Made by a program: the position numbers and the translations under genes | In this document: positions 58,551 to 64,000 of the stretch, one piece after another | Layout of the letters: each line of letters begins with the position of its first letter | How positions within the stretch are numbered: position 1 is the first letter of the stretch | Notes under the pieces: generated by a model | Databases searched by the model: none | What the model saw: only the letters and a program-made list of their open reading frames with translations | What the model was told of the DNA's origin: nothing | Origin: Paecilomyces variotii | Taxonomy: Eukaryota | Strand: one strand, 5' to 3' | NCBI GenBank assembly: GCA_004022145.1 | Contig: RCNU01000001.1 | Length of the DNA stretch: 64,000 bases

Positions 58551-61500
58551 ATGGCTAGTGCCCAGATGGTGCAGGCAGGAGGTATTTCGCTCGCAATTCG
58601 GACACTTCACTCTTTTCTTCCACTCGTCGTAGCAGTCTCCTTTGCTATTTCATACATCGCCAGTGCCTTACGGAAGAACGACCATGGTGGGAAGCTGCAC
58701 AGAGGTCGCAGCAGGGAGATTGTTCTGTGGATGATCTCCACAGTCCTTACTACATACGTGAGTGTTGTCTTCGAGTTCACATTTGAAGCTGATATAAGTT
58801 TCTCGTTGATGGAGATTGCTTGAAATCCTGCTAACTGATAATGAAGTGTCTAGATTCTGTAATCCTCATCTATGTTGCCTTCTCCAACAATCGTGGAATT
58901 GTACCGCAGGATCATATTGTAAGAACTCTCAAATCACCAGTCAGATATCTTTCTTGATGGGATGTGAGGATGACTAAACCCAGCCTCCGTAGGTATTCTC
59001 GCTGAGTTCAATCTTGCTATGGATTGCACTGATTTTCGGTTTTGTCGACTATGCATCGACTCCGTGGTACCCGTTCTACGGTCCTTGGGTCACGTACATG
59101 GTCACCGAGGCCGCTCTGTTGGGACTGTCTACTCGCGCTCCACAGGAAATCACATATTATAAGACAATGATGTGGATCCAGATACTGCGCCTCTGTGTCT
59201 TATGTTCGCTACTCTGCTTCTCTTTCTCCTCTGACTTCCACAATAGGAGAGCAAGGAGAGTGAATACTGATGAGGAGACTGCACCCTTGTTGGCCCCTGG
59301 AAATGCCGATACCAACCATCTGGAATCCCCTCAACAATGTTCATTGGTGAACAACTACGAAACAATTAATGGAGAGGGGGATGGATCAAGTGACCTCCAT
59401 CATGATAGAGGGAAGAAGGGGGATCCAGAAAAACAATCTAATGTCCTCGAGGATTTCATGGTAAGTCCCTCTGAAGAATAGATAGGACCATCAACTTTCA
59501 TTTCGGACAGCTAAATGAAGTTAGTTTCTTCTTCCGTTCTTTTGGCCTAAGACAAAGCCTCGCCTGCAATTACTCTACGGCGGTGTAGGTTTGTGTTTAG
59601 TGGTCGACCGTGTACTCAACATCTTTGTTCCCATACAACTTGGTCTAATAACAAATGTCTTGAGCAGACAAAAGGGTAGGTTCTACGGTCCAGTACAAAT
59701 TTCTTTCTATTTCCTAATATCTCATTTTCCTGTATAGAAACGGTTCCTTGGAAGGAGATAGTGGTCTTTGCTGCACTCCGTTTCCTAGATTCCAGTGGCG
59801 GCGTCTCGGCCATCCGACGGTATCTATGGCAGCCATTAGAGAATTTTACATATCACGAGATCAGTACTGCAGCCTTCAATAAAATAATGACGTTGTCAAG
59901 CGACTTCCATGATAATAAGCATTCTGGCAGCCTGTGGCAGACTGTCAGCCGTGGGAGATCCATCCGCCATGTCGTCGACTCCGTCCTATTCCAAATTGGG
60001 CCGATGATAGTCGATCTTGTGTTGGCCGTGAGTATTCTCTACTATCTGTTCGACGCCTATATGGCTTTGATTACAGCAGCGGTCTTCATCTTCTACCTAT
60101 GGTCTTCGAGTAAGATCTTGGCCAAGCAAAAGGATAAACAGAGGCAATTGATATCAACTGTGGAGAAGGAATATGATGTGCTCTGCGAATCGACCTCCAA
60201 TTGGCAGACAATTTCGTACTTCAACCGGGTCGATTATGAGAAAGACCATTATTCATCTGCAGTCAAGAATCACATGAACTCGTCACTGACGTTCACATTG
60301 TGGTCTAACTTCGAGTCAGTAGCACAGTCATTCCTGCTTGTTGGCGGTTTGACGGGAGCATGCTTCCTTGCCGCATATCAAGTTGCTCAGGGGCGCAAGT
60401 CTGTAGGTAGTTTTGTGATGCTTCTAAGCTATTGGGCTCAGTTATCTGGGCCTCTCAGGTTTTTCGCCCATGGATTCTGCAACTTCGCTCTTGACATGAT
60501 CGACGCGGAGGAGCTAGTCCGTTTGCTGAGACAGAAACCAACCATTCATGATCACCCAGGGGCTAAGGAACTAGTGCTTGACCAAGGAGAAATTACGTTT
60601 GATAAGGTCTGCTTTTCTTATGACGGCCGGAGAAAGATCCTAAAAGACGTCAGCTTTCGTGTTCGTCCTGGTGAGACCGTGGCACTCGTGGGAGAGACTG
60701 GAGGAGGGAAATCAACTATATTAAAATTGATTTCACGCTTCTACGACCCAGAAAGCGGCAAAGTGACAATTGATGGCCAGGATATCCGTGATGTCACTTT
60801 GGACAGTCTCCGCGCAAATATCGGCATTGTACCTCAGGATCCAGCACTTTTTCACGACACTATCATCAATAACATTAGATATGCCAATCCTTCAGCAACT
60901 GACGAAGAGATATATGAAGCATGCAAAGCTGTTGCACTACATGACAAATTTCTAAGTTTTCCTGACGGGTATCGAACACTTGTTGGTGAGCGCGGAGTCA
61001 AGCTGTCTGGTGGAGAGCTCCAAAGAGTGGCTATAGCAAGGGTTATAATCAGAGATCCTAGTATAGTTCTTCTTGATGAGGCAACCAGCAGCGTGGACAG
61101 CAACACAGAGATGCAAATCCAAAACAGTCTAGGGAAACTCACTGCTGGACGCACAACCCTAGTTATCGCGTGAGCCTCATGTCCAATGGATCACAACTAT
61201 AGTACCGAAACTGACCAATGCTTACAGACACCGTCTTTCTACCGTGATCAACGCAGATAAGATCCTCGTCATTGATGCAGGAAATATTGTTGAAGAAGGC
61301 CCTCATGAGGAGCTCCTGAAGAGAAAAGGGAACTATTATCGCTTATGGTCACATCAGTCTAGCCTGAAATCCTCGATCCAGAAGCGCAAAACGGGCGATT
61401 CACAATCTACCGGAACGCTCCCTGCTAAAGGATGGCCCGGTGGAAGATCATCTAAAACTGGTAATGGTACAGAAACTGTGCGCGAGATCTCTGTAAGAAG

Positions 61501-62056
61501 CGACAGAGAACCCCTATATCACGATGACTTGAGTACAGATCAAGAGGAAGGTTATGGGGAACCAGATTTGATTCTCGATATTGCCTCAAACAGCTTTCTC
61601 GACCTCGACAAAGACCATTCGAAGATATCTTCTCTCAAGCCAGATGCTCCCGAATTTATCCCACAGCGCTTACAACGTACGGAAACCCCTGCTTCATCCG
61701 CTCTCTATGGGTATAATACAATCATCAAGCCCGCTAAAGACAATGCTGGGTCCAATCACATCGGAAAAGAGAACTACAGAGGAAAGGCTACAGAACATGC
61801 TGCATGCGACCATGGGCTAGACTCGAACGGGCAGGTCTCAGACAGCTTGCGTACAGTGACTAAAAGAAGCGACATTATTGAGGAGGCCAGCTCGACTACT
61901 GCCCGAGTTCGAGTAGCGACGGCTCTAGGTCTTCAGCGGGCTGTCAATTGCAGCACAGTGAACGCAGACGTGAGTCCTAGTAAAGCGCACAAACATAAGA
62001 AAAAGCGGATATCTCGAAAGAGATTATCCAAAAGTGAACCGCCTTCTCTCGGTTAA
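58551..62056 (+). CDS. ABCB6/Hmt1-like half-size ABC transporter with N-terminal TM extension and long C-terminal tail, multi-exon
   Basis: Walker [11 protein letters not shown]-loop VPQD, signature LSGGELQR, Walker B LLDEATS, IA|HRLST; TMD with FWP..LQ and LSSDFH motifs. Confidence 0.9.
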
Positions 62057-62571
62057 GACACCAAACATGTCAGCTCCGTGCCAGTGGTGACCAGGAATTC
62101 GGTATATGGACACTGATATTGTTAGAATGAGAATGCCCTCGAAAGCTAGTCTATCTCTCGGTTCGATGGAAGAGACCTTGGGACGGTACGAGATGCGATG
62201 CCATCATGCATGAGATGTTGACCCGTGTCGGCCAGTGGATGGCTGCTGTGAGCAAGGAAATTATTTAATTTTAATGAAGAATAAAATGTATGAGATCTTT
62301 GATGACTCGTCCCCTGTTTCATGCCTAAAGGATCGCTTGAAGTTGTACTATTCCTCAGATTTTCCAGAAGAGCATGCCATCATGCATGTAAAGACGAGCA
62401 TTTTCTGAGTCCGTCTCACCCTTTGTATTTGTTATCGAGATGGTGGTTAGTTAGTTATTTGCCTTCCTGACTAATTGACACGCGAAATCCACTTCGATCG
62501 CCCTATACAATGGAGGAACGACCAAACCGTCCCATACGGGAGCCACATAGCCATCACGTCCACCATGGTCT

Positions 62572-63898
62572 TCACCCAAATCTTTGCTTTGCTAATGCCT
62601 TGAGCCAGCCCATCGTCTCTTCTTCTTTTTGCCGATATCTCTGCAGTCGTTCCTCCCGCTCTGCTGCACGCGCCCGCATCATTTCCTCTCTTCGTAATTC
62701 CCGCTCGTTCTTTTTCCGCTGCTCCCTCTCTCGTTCTTTCTTCAATATATCGAGATCATTGTCCCCTCCCATGAGCTCAGCTTCTGGAGCGGCCTCCATG
62801 GGTGACCCGCCCCTAACTGTCCGAGCAAACTCCCGGTTTGCAGCTGCAGCTTCCCGCCGTTTCTCCATGCGCCGTTCATGGGTGCCGGGTTCGGCACGAG
62901 GAGCGACTTCATCGTTTATATGTCGCATCTCGGCTTTATGAGAACGGATCTCGGCACGGTGTTGCTTCTGCCGGTCTTCGCGAGCAGCGATTGCGTCCGC
63001 GATTGCAGTCGCTAGTGATGATCATTAGCAATCCATATCCTTTTCCCCCTTCGATGACCGACGTAGGCTCACCTCTCCTGATCTCTAAATCTTGTGTATT
63101 CGGGATCGTTGGACCAGGCCTTGCTCCGGTCATGCGGTCTTCTGATACCACTGACATGCCCGGGTGCGGAAGTTTAGGACCATAATCCTCATCTTCGTCT
63201 TCGTCTTCTTCCCTTTCATCTCTAGTATGCCGTGGTCTTCCGTCCTGACTCGCTCCATCGTAGTCTGGCGATGTTCGTCTCCAACCTGCGTTATCGCGCG
63301 ACGGAAGCGGTTCCTCTGCAGCGCTGCGGCGCGCTTTCTCGAGCGTGACAGGATCATACCATCCTTCAGCAAGTTCTCCACGGTTCCTAATATGTTAGCC
63401 TTTTTTAGCCTTTCCTCTCCCTCCTCATACCATCGTGGAGATATATATAGCGACACCCGAGTTAAGCGTCATCGATACGATGTAAAAGCCAGACCATCCA
63501 CACTCCGGAACTTACCATTTCCCAATAAAGCTCTTCCACCTTCCTTTCACTTCTTCATCGCTCAAATCTTCCATTATAATCCCCTTCTGTATATCAAGAT
63601 ACATCGCAAACATTGGTTCGAAGAGAGGCAAATCGCGCTTCGAGAGCTGTCGCGCTCCGAACGGTAACTCGACCGGCGCTGCTTCGCGACGAGCCTTTTC
63701 TGAGTGCCGATCATGTCTGTGACGGTGATGTGAATGATGATGATGATGATGATGATGTCTGCTTCGTCTGCTACTCTGTTCTGGAGAGCGGGAGCGCGAG
63801 GCGTGGTGGTGCTGATGACGGTGATGGCGCGAGTCTGGGGATGCAGATCGGGTCACAGAGCGATGGGAGTAGGAGTCGGAGCGCTCGCGATAGGACAT
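62572..63898 (-). CDS. Conserved fungal hypothetical RS/His-rich nuclear protein, 3 exons
   Basis: LPFGARQLSKRDL..F..YLDIQK...EVKGRWKSFIGKW|NRGELAEGWYDP, GPTIPNTQDLE, DEVAPRAEPGTHERRMEKR, ALAKQRFG*. Confidence 0.75.
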
Positions 63899-64000
63899 TA
63901 TTTCGCTCCTTTTTGGGTTTCGTTGGGGTGGGATCAAATTGCTTTTGTGCAAGAGATAATCTAACTGGAATTCGTAGCTATGGAATCTGGATGATGATGA

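Noticed and set aside
63734-63757. (ATG)n triplet repeat
   Set aside because: Encodes the poly-His tract of the minus-strand gene
1-64000. Starship/captain recombinase, autonomous transposase, secondary-metabolite cluster or CRISPR array
   Set aside because: No tyrosine recombinase, DDE, RT, PKS/NRPS motifs or spacer-repeat arrays were seen

Overview
Gene-dense, intron-containing genomic DNA from a filamentous ascomycete. The proteins look Eurotiales-like (Aspergillus/Paecilomyces type); this assignment is an inference. The backbone is mostly conserved housekeeping genes: VPS35 3' end, NST1, RHO2, mitochondrial mL40, a RING-CH ligase, ILV2, GAL1, RNase H2 subunit B, MCM10, DUO1, an F-BAR/SH3 cytokinesis protein, NOT1, seipin, a SurE/tubulin-tyrosine-ligase (Pby1-like) locus and an Hmt1-like ABC half-transporter. 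Interspersed accessory-looking material includes an intronless DUF6604 gene next to telomere-like repeats, an intronless intracellular trypsin-fold protease, an MFS transporter, and two different non-autonomous TIR elements. One element has a 9-11 bp target duplication (Mutator-like); the other has a TA duplication and roughly 190-bp TIRs carrying nested hairpins. The most interesting observations are: a PAM2-like (PABP/MLLE-binding) motif in the ABC transporter tail; a stop-codon/splice-donor overlap that could switch between stand-alone SurE and a SurE-TTL fusion; the MITE-adjacent protease; a 6-nt microexon in RHO2; and an MCM10 start codon apparently assembled by splicing. All exon calls were made by eye and no database searches were run.
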